In this document: piece after piece, positions 50,133-63,700 of the stretch
Position numbering within the stretch: position 1 is the first letter of the stretch
Layout: every line of letters begins with the position of its first letter
Origin: Mobula hypostoma
Lineage: Eukaryota
Assembly: GCF_963921235.1 (NCBI RefSeq)
Contig: NC_086108.1
Span: 1,798,001-1,862,000 of the forward strand
DNA length: 64,000 bases
Direction: 5' to 3'
Position numbers and translations under genes: made by a program
The notes under the pieces: model-generated
The model's database searches: none
What the model saw: the letters and a program-made list of their open reading frames with translations, nothing else
Told to the model about the DNA's origin: nothing

Positions 50133-52556
50133 ACATAAGACAAAGGAGCAGAAGTCGGCCATTCAGCCCATTGAGTCTGCCATTTTATCATGAGCTGATC
50201 CATTCTCCCATTTAGTCCCACTTCCCCGCCTTCTCACCATAACCTTTGATGCCCTGGCTACTCAGATACCTATCAATCTCTGCCTTAAATACACCCAATG
50301 ACTTGGCCTCCACTGCCACCCGTGGCAACAAATTCCATAGATTCACCACCCTCTGGCTAAAAAAATTTCTTCGCATTTCTGTTCTGAATGGGCACCCTTC
50401 AATTCTTAAGTCATCCCTTCTCGTACTAGACTCCCCTACCATGAGAAACAATTTAGCCACATCCACTCTACCCATACCTTTCAACATTCAAAATGTTTCT
50501 ATGAGGTCGTCCCTCATTCTTCTAAACTCCAAGGAATACAGTCCAAGAGCGGACAAACGTTCCTCATATGTTAACCCTCTCATTCCCGGAATCATCCTAG
50601 TGAATCTTCTCTGAACCCTCTACAACATCAGCACATCCTTTCTTAAAAAAGGAGTCCAAAACTGCACACACAGTACTCCAAGTGAGGTTTCATCAGTGCC
50701 TTATAGAGCCTCAACATCACATCCCTGCTCCTATACTCTATTCCTCTAGAAATGAATGCCAACATTGCATTCGCCTTCTTCACCACCGACTCAACCTGGA
50801 GGTTAACCTTAAGGGTATTCTGCACAAGGAATTCCAAGTCCCGTTGCATCTCAGAACTTTGAATTCCCTCCACATTTAAATAATAGTCTGCCCGTTTATT
50901 TCTTCCACAAAGTGCATAACCATACGCTTTCCAACATTGTATTTCATTTGCCACTTCTTTGCCCATTCTTCCAATCTATCCAAGTCTCTCTGCAGACTCT
51001 CCGTTTCCTCAGCACTACCGGCCCCTCCACCTATCTTTGTATCGTCAGCAAACTTAGCCACAAAGCCATCTATTCCATAATCCAAATCGTTGATGTACAA
51101 CGTAAAAAGGAGCGGCCCCAACACAGACCCCTGTGGAACACCACTGGTAACGGCAGCCAACCAGAATGGAATCCCTTTATTCGCACTCTCTGTTTCCTGA
51201 CAATCAGCCAACACTCTATCCACGTATGTAACTATCCCGTAATTCCATGGGCTCTTATCTTGTTTAGCAGCCTCACGTGCGGCACCTTGTCAAAGGCCTT
51301 CTGAAAATCAGAATATACAACATCCACTGCATCTCCCTTCCTCAGTGAAGACTGATGCAAAATACTCGTTCAGTTCCTCTGCCATCCCCTTATCTCCCAT
51401 TACAATTTCTCCAGCATCATTTTCTATTGGTCCTATATCTACTCTCACCTGTCTTTTACTCTTTATATACTTGAAAAAGCTTTTAGTATCCTCTTTGATA
51501 TTATTTGCTAGCTTCCTTTCATAGTTCAGCTTTTCCCTCTTAATGACCTTCTTAGTTTCCTTTTGTAAGCTTTTAAGAACTTCCCAATCCTCTGTTTGCC
51601 CACTAGTTTTTGCTTCCTTGTATGCCCTCTCCTTTGCTTTAACTTCTCTTGTCAGCCACGGTTGCATCCTTCTTCCATTCGAAAATTTCTTCTTTTTTGG
51701 AATATATCTGTCTTGCACCTTCCTCACTTCTTGCATAAACTCCAGCCACTGCTGCTCTGCCGTCCTTCCCGCTAGTGTCCCTTTCCAGTCAACTTTGGCC
51801 AGTTCCTCTCTCATGCCACTGTAATTTCCTTTACTCCACTGAAATACCGACACATTAGATTTCAGCTTCTCTTTTTCAAATTTCACAGTGAACTCAGTCA
51901 TGTTATGATCACTGCCTCCTGAGGGTTCCTTCACCGCAATCTCTCTAGTCGCCTCCGGTTCATTACACAATACCTAATCCAGTACAGCCGATCCCCTAGT
52001 GGGCTCAACAACCTGTTCTGAAAAGCCATCTCGCAGACATTCTACAAATTCTCTCTCTTGAGATCCAGTGCCGACCTGATTTTCCCAATCCACTCGCATG
52101 TTAAAATCCCCCACAATTATCATAACACTGCCCTTCTGACAAGCCTTTTCTATTTCCTGTAGTAATTGGTAGTCCACATCCCTACAGCTGTTTGGAGGCC
52201 TATAAATAACTGCCATCAGGGTCCTTTTACCCCTGCGATTTCTTAGCTCAACCCATAAAGATTCTGCACCTTCCGATCCTATATCACCTCTTTCTAATGA
52301 TTTAATATAATTTCTTACCAATAAAGCCATGCCTCCCCCTCTGCCTACCTTCCTATCCTTCCGATACACTGTGTATCCTTGGACGTTCAGCTCCCAGAGA
52401 CATGCATCCTTTAGCCACATCTCAGTGATGGCCACAGTATCATACCTGCCAATCTGTAGCTGTACGACAAGATCATCCACCTTATTCCTTATGCTGCGTG
52501 CATTTAAGTATAACACCATAGGTCCAGTATTTGGTACTTTTTGCTTTGATTGCACT
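50133..52556 (-). mobile_element. CR1 ORF2 (APE, linker and RT 3' half) with internal deletion near 51340
   Basis: YLNARSIRNK, AITEMWL, IVGDFN, SDHN, then a jump from FASVFTEE to the VDVVY-DFQKAFDK region. Confidence 0.9.
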
Positions 52557-53410
52557 CACCACCCAGGACGTGCCCCCTTTTCATTGCTACCAGAGAAGAC
52601 GTACAGGAGCCTGAAGACACACATTTAATGTTTTAGGAACATCATCTTCCCCTTCACCATCATATTTCTGAATGGTCCTTGAACATTAATTCACTATTTT
52701 GTTCTCTTTTTGCTCTATTTATTTATTATAGTTCTTATTGTAACTTGCTCTGTCATTCTTTTTTGTGTATTGCACTGAGCTGCTACCGAAAAACAACAAA
52801 TTTCACAATAGATGACAGCAATAATAAGCCTGATCATGGACGTCGTTCCTCATCTCAGAAGCCATGACACAATTAAGGGAAACCAGAATCAGGTTTAATA
52901 TCGTGACATTTGTTGTTTTGTGGCAGCAGTAATTTGCAATACATAATATTTAAAAATGTATAAATTCCAATAAGAAATATTTATTTAAAAATTATGTAGC
53001 GTAAAAAGAGAGCAAACAAGTGAAAAAACAGTGAGGTAGTATTCATTGTCTATTCAGAAATCTGACGGCAGAGGGGAAGAAGCTGGGTGTGTGCCTTCAG
53101 GTAGTATACGTGGAGAAGAGGGCAAGTGATGAGTGACACTCGCAGTCTTGAAGAAAGAGGAATAACGCATCAATATTTTAGGCCGAGACTATTCCTTTCC
53201 ATAGATACCGCCCAACCTGTTGAGTTGCTCTAGCATTTTGTGTGTATTCACTTAAGTTCACCTGTCCTGCAGTCTTTGTCCATTTAAGGACAAGCGTGCT
53301 TGAAGATCAAGACCTTAAACATTCCACATTTTACTACATGGTAGCAGTGATCAGATATGCCTCCAAGACACTGCATATGGGATGAGCTGCTAGAGTGGTT
53401 AAGGCAGGTA

Positions 53411-53913
53411 CAGTACTGTGTACCTATGCAAAAGTTTTAGGCACATATATAGAGCTGGGGTACCTCAGACATTTGCATAGTACTGTAGTAATTTTATGTA
53501 TTGCACTGTACTGCTTCTGCAAAAACTATCATGACATATGTGAGTGACGATAAGCCTGATTCTGATACGGGTCTCTATTGTGGACTGAGAGTGGGAAGGG
53601 GACAGGAAGAGGGGAATTATGTCTGGGGAAGAAGGGAAAGGGAAACACCAGAGAGACATTCTGTACTGATCAATAAACCAATTGTTTGTAATCACTAACC
53701 TTGCCTGGTGTCTCATAGCTGGGTGTGTCTGCACCCACACCACCTCCCAGCCCTGGCACTCCTTTGCCACCTGCCCCACACCCTACCCACTGCATTCCAC
53801 TTTCACCATTCACAACATCCTTTGCACCCACCAGATTTACAAACTTGCTCTCTGCTGCACGTTGACAAATACCCTAACTATGTAAATGTGCCTAAGACTT
53901 TTGCACAGCACTG
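53411..53913. mobile_element. Tc1-type MITE, about 500 bp
   Basis: TA-CAGTACTGTG...CAAAAGTTTTAGGCAC and GTGCCTAAGACTTTTGCACAGCACTG inverted termini. Confidence 0.75.
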
Positions 53914-54129
53914 TCCATCAACATTTAAATGGAAATGGACGAGTACATGGATAGGAAAGGTGAGAGAGATATGGGCCAAACACAGGCAAATGGGACCAGC
54001 TTAGATGGGGATCTTGATCGGCAAGGACCAGTTGAATTGATGGGCCTTCTTTTATACTGTATGGCACTATGATTTAAAAGTTTGATCACAGAGTGCTGTA
54101 GAAAATCCCCCAAAATGGTAGAAAAAGGG

Positions 54130-54500
54130 AGTCAAAGTCAGTGGCTCACAGGCTGACAACCCCAGCCATCAGTCCCTTTACTGGGAAGGTCACACTGTTG
54201 ATATGCCTAACACCAGACTCCTAAACAACACTGCATCATAGCAAGACATTACCAGCTGAAAAGAAATAAGAAAGGTTCAAGGATGTTCTCAAAGCTTCTT
54301 TAGAAAAGTGCAACACCCACCAATCTGTGTGGGAATTCTTGGCCCACGACCACTTAAAACAGACAATTATATGTCCATGTTTATTTGGGTGTACACCTCA
54401 AGGAAACAGTGGAAGCTCATCATTCATCAATTACCCTCTATCCCTGCCCAGTAACGTATGCAGGTCTTTCACTGGGCCTATCAGCCAGCTGTTTGAAACC
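54130..54500 (+). mobile_element. Old RTE-clade LINE C-terminal remnant
   Basis: Degenerate KRFKDVLKASLEKCN...WEFLAHD coding remnant. Confidence 0.5.
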
Positions 54501-55359
54501 ACTGTTTTTTTAAAATATTTTTTTATAAGATGAATTAACGTAAGACTGAAGTTGTAGATCAAGCATTTGTACTTTCTAACAAACTCGTACATCTTTTACA
54601 ATAAGTGGCTGTTCATCCCCACTCACTGGCAGAAAGCGGTATAGCAGCTGAACTAATGGTTTGTCACCTTCCTCCTCTTTCATTGGCTAAGTATCAGCAC
54701 ATAGCCCACATGATGTAATTCTGCAACCACTGATTAGTTTATTCTTATCGAAGGAATTTCGGTTATCTACATTATAAAAAATGATGGATTTTTCAGAGGT
54801 GCCGTCTTCACCTTTATTCCCTTTCATCCTTGCATTCTTCGTTGTTCATTCGCCTCCTAGCTTCCTTTCTCAGCTCTTCATTTAGTTTGCTCAGTATTTG
54901 TATGTCTGTACTTTAAAATAAACTATTAGAATTAAGACTGCTCGTCATTCCTGACTCCCAGGAAAAACCCTAATGATCAGAAAATAAACAAAGATTCCAA
55001 ATAGTCGAGGTTAGGCTTCACCCTGCACCACCAGGTTCAGGAACAATTACCAGCTACAATCGTCAGGATCCTGAACGAGTGTGGATGACTTCACTCACTT
55101 CAATTCCGATCTGATTCCCTGCCACTCTGACATCTGATTTCTAAATGGACATTGAGCCCATGAACACTACCACACAATTTTTTAAAGTTCTATTTCTGTT
55201 TTAGCACTACTTATCTTACACACATACACGCACATATATATTACAGTGATTCAGTTTTTAAATAATATTTATCACGTATTGCATTGTATTACTGCCGCAA
55301 AGTTAACACATTTCACGGCATATGCCAGTAATATTAAACCTGATTCTGATTCTACAAAC

Positions 55360-55880
55360 TACATAGAAACATAGAAACCCTACAGCACAATACAGGCCCT
55401 TTGGCCCACAAAGCTGTGCCGAACATATCCTTACCTTAGAACTACCTAGCCATTTCAGCCCTGGGAAACAGCCCCTGATTATCCACACGTTCAATGCCTC
55501 TCATTGTCTTGTACACCTCTATCAGGTCACCTCTCATCCTCCGTCGCTCCAAGGAGAAAAGGCCAAGTTCGCTCAACCTATTCTCATAAGGCATGCTCCC
55601 CAATCCAGGCAACATCCTTGTAAATCTCCTCTGCACCCTTTCTATGGTTTCCACGTCCTTCCTGTAGTGAGGTGACCAGAATTGAGCACATTACTCCAAG
55701 TGCGGTCTGACCAGGGTCCTAAGGAGCTCAACATTACTCTCGTCTCCTAAACTCAATTCCACGATTGATAAAGGCCAATGCACCGTATGACTTCTTAACC
55801 ACGGAGTCAACCTGCATAGCAGCTTTGAGCGTCCTATGGACTTGGACCCCAAGATCCTTCTGTTCCTTCACACTGCCAGA
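55360..55880 (-). mobile_element. CR1 3' fragment (same subfamily as 33925-34642)
   Basis: MLPGLGSMPYENRLSELGLFSLE is shared between the copies; ACATAGAA repeats at 55361-55378. Confidence 0.85.
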
Positions 55881-57260
55881 CTCACTTTCTTTACAACCCA
55901 TGTTCTCAGTATTTTTATTTATTTGAACAATTTGTCTTCTTTTGCACATTAAGAGTTTGGAAGTCTTTGTTTATAATTTTTCATTATTTCTATTGTATTT
56001 CCTTCCTTTCCTATAAATGCTGCTACAAAATAAATCTCAATGCAACAGCCAATTCTAAGACCAGTGACCCTCACCAATTGTTATCCTTGTATAACGCACC
56101 CTCCGATCAATCCAACAATAATGTTCCAAAAGTTGAAGAAGTATATTCGATCCTTTATTAGCAACTAGCAAAACAAACAATCGTGAAGCAATGAAACTTA
56201 TGAAACTAAGACTAGCGATATGAAGCATACTTGGAAGCACTTAATCAAAGTTAAGTAGAGTTAAGCAATTTCAAATGTAATTAAACGAAGTTAAGCAGAA
56301 ATTAAACAGTCAACAAAAGATTCAACATTCATTGGTGCCTAGTATTAAGCTAAAACTGCTGAGAACAAAGCACGAATATGTAAGTGAACGTAACACTTCT
56401 GCCAAACCCACACCACATGACTACAATAAACAGAACATACACATAACATGAATACAATGCAAATAGAAAACAGATCCATTGCTCCTACAATTAATTTCAT
56501 TGTACCTACGTACTTCAATAATAAATTTTACTTTGACTTTAACAGAACCCACTGAAATGTAATGGAAACAAGTCATCCTCAAGAGATCGGCCAAGAAAAT
56601 TTGACAGAAGAGGTGGACCTCCCTAGTCTTGACTACATCAAAACCGCAACCTAACAATACATTTTTCAACACATAGACTTCTCACAGCAGGAAGCAATTG
56701 ACTCTAAGCATATTTTACTGTGGTAAATCTCACTATTGTTTCACTGTCTGAGGCATCAGTCTAGAATCCTTACTGAAGAGAAAACATTAAATCAACAGAA
56801 AACATCAGCACTCAAAAGTCATTTCTATAGCAGCCAAATGAAAATGCAACATCCTGCTTCACTTACACTTTTGCATTTGTTTTTAAAACTATTTTTCTTT
56901 GAAACGCAATGTAAAGAGAATGTCTTTCAACAAACAAATAACAAACTGCTGGAGAAACTCAACAGTTCAAGCAGCAGCTGTGGGGAAGATGAACACCAAC
57001 TCAATGGAAAATGTCCGATTACATTTGCCCTGTCTATGCCCCCCATAATTTTGAGAACCTCTATCGAATCTCCACTCATTCTCCTCAGCTCAAGAGAATA
57101 AAGTTCTTGAACACCTGGTCAAGAAAGCGCCTGCATACAATGCTCCTTCAGTCGATGCCTTCTGGACAGATTCCATATATTTCACTTCTTTTATGTCTTT
57201 TACACTTGTTTTTCCTTTTGAATGTGATTCTGGAACTGTTGAAGCCCGTGATTTGCAGTT

Positions 57261-59200
57261 TACATAGAACATAGAATAGTACAGCACAGTACAGGCCCTT
57301 CGGCCCACAATGTTGTGCTGACCCTCAAACCCTGCCTCCCATATAAGCCCCCACCTTAAATTCCTCCATCTACTTGTCTAGTAGTCTCTTAAACTTCACC
57401 AGTGTATCTGCCTCCACCACTGACTCAGGCAGTGCATTCCACGCACCAACCACTCTCTGAGTAAAAAACCTTCCTCTAATATCCCCCTTGAACTTCCCAC
57501 CCCTTACCTTAAAGCCATGTCCTCTTGTATTGAGCAGTGGTGTGCTGGGGAAGAGGCGCTGGCTATCCACTCTATCTATTCCTCTTATCATCTTGTACAC
57601 CTCTATCATGTCTCTTCTCATCCTCCTTCTCTCCAAAGAGTAAAGCCCTAGCTCCCTTAATCTCTGATCATAATCCATACTCTCTAAACCAGGCAGCATT
57701 CTGGTAAATCTCTTCTGTACCCTTTCCAATGCTTCCACATCCTTCCTATAGTGAGGCGACCAGAACTAGACACAGTACTCCAAGTGTGGCCTAACCAGAG
57801 TTTTATAGAGCTGCATCATTACATCACGACTCTTAAACTCTATCCCTCAACTTATGAAAGCTAATAATAAGCTTATGATAAGCTTTCTTAACTACCCTAT
57901 CCACCTGTGAGGTAACTTTCAAGGATCTGTGGACATGTACCCCCAGGTCCCTCTGCTCCTCCACACTACCAAGTATCCTGCCATTTACTTTGTACTCTGC
58001 CTTGAAGTTTATCCTTCCAAAGGTACCACCTCACACTTTTCCGGGTTGAACTCCATCTGCCACTTCTCAGCCCACTTCTGCATCCTATCAATGTCTCTCT
58101 GCAATCTTTGACAATCCTCTACACTACCTACAACACCACCAACCTTTGTGTCATCTGCAAACTTGCCAATCCACCCTTCTACCCCCACATCCAGGTCAGT
58201 AATAAAAATAACGAAAAGTAGAGGTCCCAGAACAAATCCTTGTGGGACACCACTAGTCACAACCCTCCAATCCGAATGTACTCTCTCCACCACGACCCTC
58301 TGCCTTCTGCAGGCAAGCCAATTCTGAATCCACCTGGCCAAACTTCCCTGGATCCTATGCCTTCTGACTTTCTGAATAAGCCTACCGTGTGGAACCTTGT
58401 CAAATGCCTTACTAAAATCCATATAGATCACATCCACTGCACTACCCTCAACTATATGCCTGGTCACCTCCTCAAAGAACTCTATCAGGCTTGTTAGACA
58501 CGATCTGCCCTTCACAAAGCCATGCTGACTGTCCCTGATCAGACCATGATTCTCTAAATGCCCAGAGATCCTATCTCTAAGAATCTTTTCCAACAGCTTT
58601 CCCACCACAGACGTAAGGCTCACTGGTCTATAATTACCCGGACTATCCCTACTACCTTTTTTAAACAAGGGGACAACATTCACCTCCCTCCAATCCTCCA
58701 GTCCCATTCCCGTGGACAATGAAGACATAAAGATCCTAGCCAGAGGCTCAGCAATCTCTTCCCTAGCCTCGAGGAGCAGCCTGGGGAATATTCTGTCAGG
58801 CCCTGGGGACTAATCTGTCCTAATGTATTTTAACAACTCCAACACCTCCTCCCCCTTAATATCAACATGCTCCAGAATATCAATCTCACTCATATTGTCC
58901 TCACCATCATCAAGTTCCCTCTCTTTGGTGAATACCAAAGAGAAGTATTCATTGAGGACCTCGCTCACTTCCACAGCCTGCAGGCACATCTTTCCACCTT
59001 TATCTCTAATTGGTCCTACCTTCACTCCTGTCATCCTTTTTTTCTTCACATAATTGAAGAATGCCTTGGGGTTTTCCTTTACCCTACTCGCCAAGGCCTT
59101 CTCATGCCCCCTTCTTGCTCTTCTCAGCCCCTTCTTAAGCTCCTTTCTTGCTTCCCTATATTCCTCAATAGACCCATCTGGTCTTTGCTTCCTAAACCTC
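57261..59200 (-). mobile_element. 5'-truncated CR1 LINE (RT)
   Basis: NYRPVSLTS, YMDFSKAFDKV, GVPQG, KFADDTKV; ACATAGA repeats at 57262-57277. Confidence 0.92.
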
Positions 59201-59787
59201 ATGCTTGGAGTTCATTTGGGTGTCTCAGCGCTCTGAGTCTCTGCGGGGGTTCCGGGAGGCAGAAGCAGCACGTTTGAACCTCATAGTGAGAAGACAGCTA
59301 GCTGATGTTCAACTCCGTTTCATTGATTAAAGCTTCCATTGTTCACCAATTAATGCGATGAGGGAGATTAAACACCTGCAGCCTGCCTTTTTATTGCTGG
59401 GGACTGCTTTGCTGCCGGAGAGGGGAGGCTGCCTTTTTATCAATGGTGAGATCACTCTGCAACGGAGAGGGGCAATGTTGCCCAGGTTTTCTGTGTTTTG
59501 GATCTGGATGTGGACTGTAGACTTTTTTTTCAGTTTTAAGGCTTTCTTTTTGTACTCTGTTTCTCAACCGATCTTTCTCATATTTTGCGCGGGGGGGGAT
59601 TTAGGGGGTTGATGATCATGCTGCCATTCTTTTCTTTCTTGGTTTTGTGGCATCTGAAAAATTTCAGAGTGCATACTTTGATAATAAACGAAGCTTTGAA
59701 CCTATTCAACCTGTTCCTATAACTCAGGTCTTCAAGTCCAAGCAACATCCTTGTAAATTTTTTCTGTACTCTTTCAATCTTATTGTT

Positions 59788-60288
59788 AGAATGCAATGTT
59801 AGCATTCATTTCAAGAGGATTAAAATATAAAAACAATGATGTAATGTTGAGGCTTTATAAAGCACTGGTGAGGCCTCACGGAGTATTAAGAGCAGTTTTA
59901 GGCCCCTTATCTAAGAAAGTAGGTGCTGACCTTAGAGAGGGTTCAAAGGAGGTTCACAAAAATGATTCCAGGATTGAAGGTGGGGGAGTCTAAGACCAGA
60001 GGGCACAGCCTTCGAATAGAGGGATGTCCATTTAGAACAGAGATGAGAAGGAATTTCTTTAGCCAGAGTGGTGAATCTGTGGAATTTGTTGCTACAGGTG
60101 GCTGTGGAGGCCAATTCTTTACGTACATTTAAGGTCGACGTTCATAGGTTCTTGATTAATCAGGGCATGAAGGGATACGGGGAGAAGGAGGAAGAATGGG
60201 GCTGAGAGGAAAATGGATCAGCCATGATGAGATGGCGGAGCAGACTCAAATGGCCTAATTCTGTACCTATATTTAATAGTCTTATGAT
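59788..60288 (+). mobile_element. CR1 3' fragment
   Basis: AMLAFISRG...LYKALVRPH, TRGHSLRIEG and CR1 3' UTR. Confidence 0.8.
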
Positions 60289-60382
60289 ATTCTCGTCAAA
60301 ACCATCATCAGCGTTAACTGTCCAATTCCTCGCGTCTACATTGAAGAGAGTGGGAGTTTGAGTAGAACTTGCTGAGACTTAC

Positions 60383-60535
60383 TCTGCTGTCAACCGCCTG
60401 AGCTCTGAGTCACGGTAATCCACGCCCTGCTTTGATCTCATCACGGCCAGCTCCTCCTTCAAACCCCGGATTACTTTCTGGAGAGCTACTGGATCAGGCT
60501 TCCCAGTATATGGTAGTGGCAGTGGGTAGTGTATC
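60383..60535 (-). CDS. CCDC61: CCDC61 coding exon (5'-most exon in window; end of head domain and start of coiled coil)
   Basis: Encodes (R)IHYPLPLPYTGKPDPVALQKVIRGLKEELAVMRSKQGVDYRDSELRRLTA(E), which I recognise as the CCDC61 RIHYPLPLPY-GKPDP motif. Acceptor TTTTTAATGTCTGCAG, donor GTAAGT; 153 nt, phase 2/2. Confidence 0.93.
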
Positions 60536-61051
60536 CTGCAGACATTAAAAAAAAATGACAAATAACCTCTATTTTGAGAAAATTCTGAGGTAGTTATTTC
60601 TTTCCCAAGAGAATGGAAATAGGTTCCAGTTATATATTTTGAGATACTGTTAAGATGACTTATTCAGGAACTTTCATTCTGACTGTTGCATAGTCATGTC
60701 TAAATTACCGCACGCAAGTCATGTTCCAATGATCTAAGTTCAATCATGATCTCTGATGGTTACAGGGAGGGGAATGGGGATGGACGTGAATACTCTGAAA
60801 GCCAGCTTAAGACTCTGAGGGTGTAACAGCTTCCTACTTTACCGTGAGAAAATATAACACTCCTCTACTTCCTGCCAGGCCCTGAACTTGAACGCATTAA
60901 AGCAAGAACCGGACAGCTTTCTGATGAAACAGATGTAACTTGTCTACCTACTGCAGAAGTGTTCTGAATAGTCCTTCAGAGATCATAAAGCTCTCATTCC
61001 CTTTGACATCACTGGCAAGTCCAGTCAATTTAACTATCTACCATTCTTACA

Positions 61052-62833
61052 TGATTACAACTACAAGAAACCATTCCCCCAGGCTGTGGAGAACCATCAA
61101 CTGGCTGACAATCTGAACAAGTTTTATTGTAGATTCGACACCTTCATTCCCCCCAGCCAAAACACAGACCTACCTGCAACTCCCATCATCCATTACCCCA
61201 ACATCTCAGTATCCGCTTTCTCACCCCACATTACAAAAACTGCTCCCCCTACCCCACTTCATTTCAACCCTCTTGTACCTGCACTCAGGACCTGTGAGAG
61301 GAAGGTGAGTCAGCTGTTCCGGAGGCAGAAGACCAGGAAAGTGCCAGGCCCAGACGGTGTGTCGCCCTCCTGCCTGAAGACCTGTGCTGATCAGCTGGCC
61401 CCCATCTACACACGGATTTTCAATAGATCACGGGAGCTGTGTGAAGTCCCTCATTGCTTCAAGCACTCCATTATCATTCCAGTCCCTAAGAAACCCACTA
61501 TCAAGGGACTAAATGACTACAGGCCTGTTGCCTTGACATCTGTTGTCATGAAGTCCTTTGAGAGACTAGTGTTGGCTCACTTGAAGGACATCACAGGCCC
61601 CCTGCTGGACCCCCTGCAGTCTGCTTATCGGGCAAATAGGTCAGTGGATGATGCAGTCAACATGGGACTGCATTACATACTACAACACCTCGACAACCCA
61701 CTTCAGCTCGGCGTTCAACATCAACGTCCCAGAAATCCTCCACTCCAAACTCACCCAGCTCACTGTCTCCTCCGCCATCTGTCAGTGGATCACAAGCTTC
61801 CTGACTGACAGGGTGCAGCAAGTGAGGCTGGGGAGCATCATTTCTAGCACCCGGACAATCAGTACCGGTGCCCCCCAGGGATGTGTGCTCTCCCCACTGC
61901 TCTTCTCCCTTTACACTAATGACTGCACCTCACAGGATCCACCTGTTAAACTCCTGAAGTTTGCAGACGACACAACTGTCATTGGCCTTATCCGAGACGG
62001 TGATGAGTCTGCATACAGACGGGTGGTGGAACGGCTGGCCCTCTGGTGTGGTCAGAACAATCTGGAGCTAAATACGCTCAAGACTGTGGAGATGACGGTG
62101 GACTTCAGGAGCAGCCCCCCACCCCAATACTCCCCCCACTCACTACACTCAACAGTATTGTGTCTGCTGTGGAGACCTTCAGGTTTCTGGGTGTCACAAT
62201 CTCCCAGGACCTGAAGTGGACACCCAACGCGGACACTCTTATCAAAAAGGCTCAGCAGAGCTTGTATTTCCTACGTCAACTCAGGAAGTACAACCTGCCT
62301 CAGGAGTTGCTGATTCAATTCTATTCAGGAATAATCCAGTCTATTCTCTGTTCGTCCATCACTGTCTGGTTCGGGTCAGCTACCAAACAAGACAAGAATA
62401 AACTCCAAAGAACCGTCAGGGCTGCGGAAAGGATTATTGGTGTGAAGCTGCCCTCGATCCAGGACTTATATGCATCTAGAGTCAGGAAGCGAGCAAGCAG
62501 CATCATTGTAGACCCATCACACCCTGGACATTACCTGTTCCAACTCCTTCCTTCTGGTAGGCACTTTAGATCACTGTATGCCAGGACAAATAGGTACAAG
62601 AACAGTTTCTTTCAGTATGCCATCAGTCTTATGAACACTTGAATTTTAGTCTATTATAAACCAAGTCCACCTGTACATACACAGGTATACCTCATTGTAT
62701 ATAGTTCACAATTATTTGCACTATTGTTTTGTTTGCTTTTTGATTCTGTACAGCGAGAGCTCAGGGAAACCGGCATCAAATTCCCTGTATGTGTCCACAT
62801 ACTTGGCGATAATAAAGGATTCTGATTCTGATT
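61052..62833 (+). mobile_element. 5'-truncated Rex1/Babar LINE (RT), relatively young
   Basis: [56 protein letters not shown]; two frameshifts; AATAAA plus (GATTCT)n tail at 62811-62833. Confidence 0.92.
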
Positions 62834-62834
62834 A

Positions 62835-63220
62835 CTGCCCATTATGCCACTGGCATTTAGGACAGTGATGAAGGTCCTTCATCTCAGGCAGTGTTCAAGG
62901 TTTCCTCTTGTTTTTCACTACTGTCAGTCACGCAAGTCCCAGCTGGAGACTCAGGAATACCGTCACACTCAGATGTAGAAGAATTCTTTATTGTTGTTTC
63001 TGTAACAACTTTTTTCTGACCAGTCAGGGTTGTTAGCTCTAAGCTGAACCTCCAAGCCTGAAGGACTACTCTTAGTCTGGCCTCTACCCTTTGACCTGTT
63101 TGGCATGGGTGACCTTACCAAGAGCCAAAGCATAAAGCCCTGACTCCAGCCAACATAGCTCTCCAGGTCATTGAGACATGCAAGCCTCCAAAACCGTCGA
63201 TAAGTTTGTGGTCCTCTTGG
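62835..63220 (-). mobile_element. Non-autonomous RTE (Expander/BovB-like 5' UTR) element
   Basis: Minus strand GGAGGCTTGCATGTCTCAATGACCTGGAGAGCTATGTTG...GGTCACCCATGCCAAACAGGTC resembles RTE-clade 5' UTRs as I recall them. Confidence 0.55.
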
Positions 63221-63308
63221 AAATATCTACGATTCACCTACAAGACAATAGTCGGCTTTCTTCTGGAACTTTCGGTTAATGTTTTAAAAGCACATTAGGA
63301 AAGTAAAC

Positions 63309-63405
63309 ACCTGAAGAAGGGTCTCAGCCCGAAACGACGGCTATTTATTCTTTTCCACAGATGCTGTCTGACCCGCTGAGTTCCTCCAGCATTTTGTGGG
63401 TGTAG
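63309..63405 (+). mobile_element. Penelope-like pseudo-LTR end with hammerhead core remnant
   Basis: CTGAAGA-AGGG-TCTCA-GCCC-GAAA-CGAC at 63311-63338, then GCTGAGTTCCTCCAGCATTTTGTG. Confidence 0.7.
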
Positions 63406-63435
63406 CCTCCCATTGTGAATCATACAAGATTGCTT

Positions 63436-63700
63436 TTACTTATTTGGAGATACAGCATGGAACAGGGCCTTCCGGTCCGATGAGCCACACTGCCCAGCAA
63501 CCCACCTATTTAACACCGGCCCAATTTACAATGACCAATTAGCCTACTAACTGCTACGTCTTTGGAATGTGGAAGGAAACCAGAGCACCAGGAGGAAACG
63601 AAGGGGTTATGGGAGAAAACATACAAACTCCTTACAGACAGTGCCATGACTGAACTCTGAACTCCAGGATGCCCCGAGCTGTAAGAGCATTGTGCTAAAA
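63436..63700 (-). mobile_element. V-SINE (HE1-like, tRNA-derived head, CR1-type tail)
   Basis: Minus strand contains the V-domain-like GTTTCCTCCTGGTGCTCTGGTTTCCTTCCACATTCCAAAGAC and GGAGTTTGTATGTTTTCTCCC. Confidence 0.75.

Noticed and set aside
56079..56448. Definite solo LTR call
   Set aside because: TG...CA candidate ends exist but none has a matching target-site duplication; kept only as a low-interest finding.
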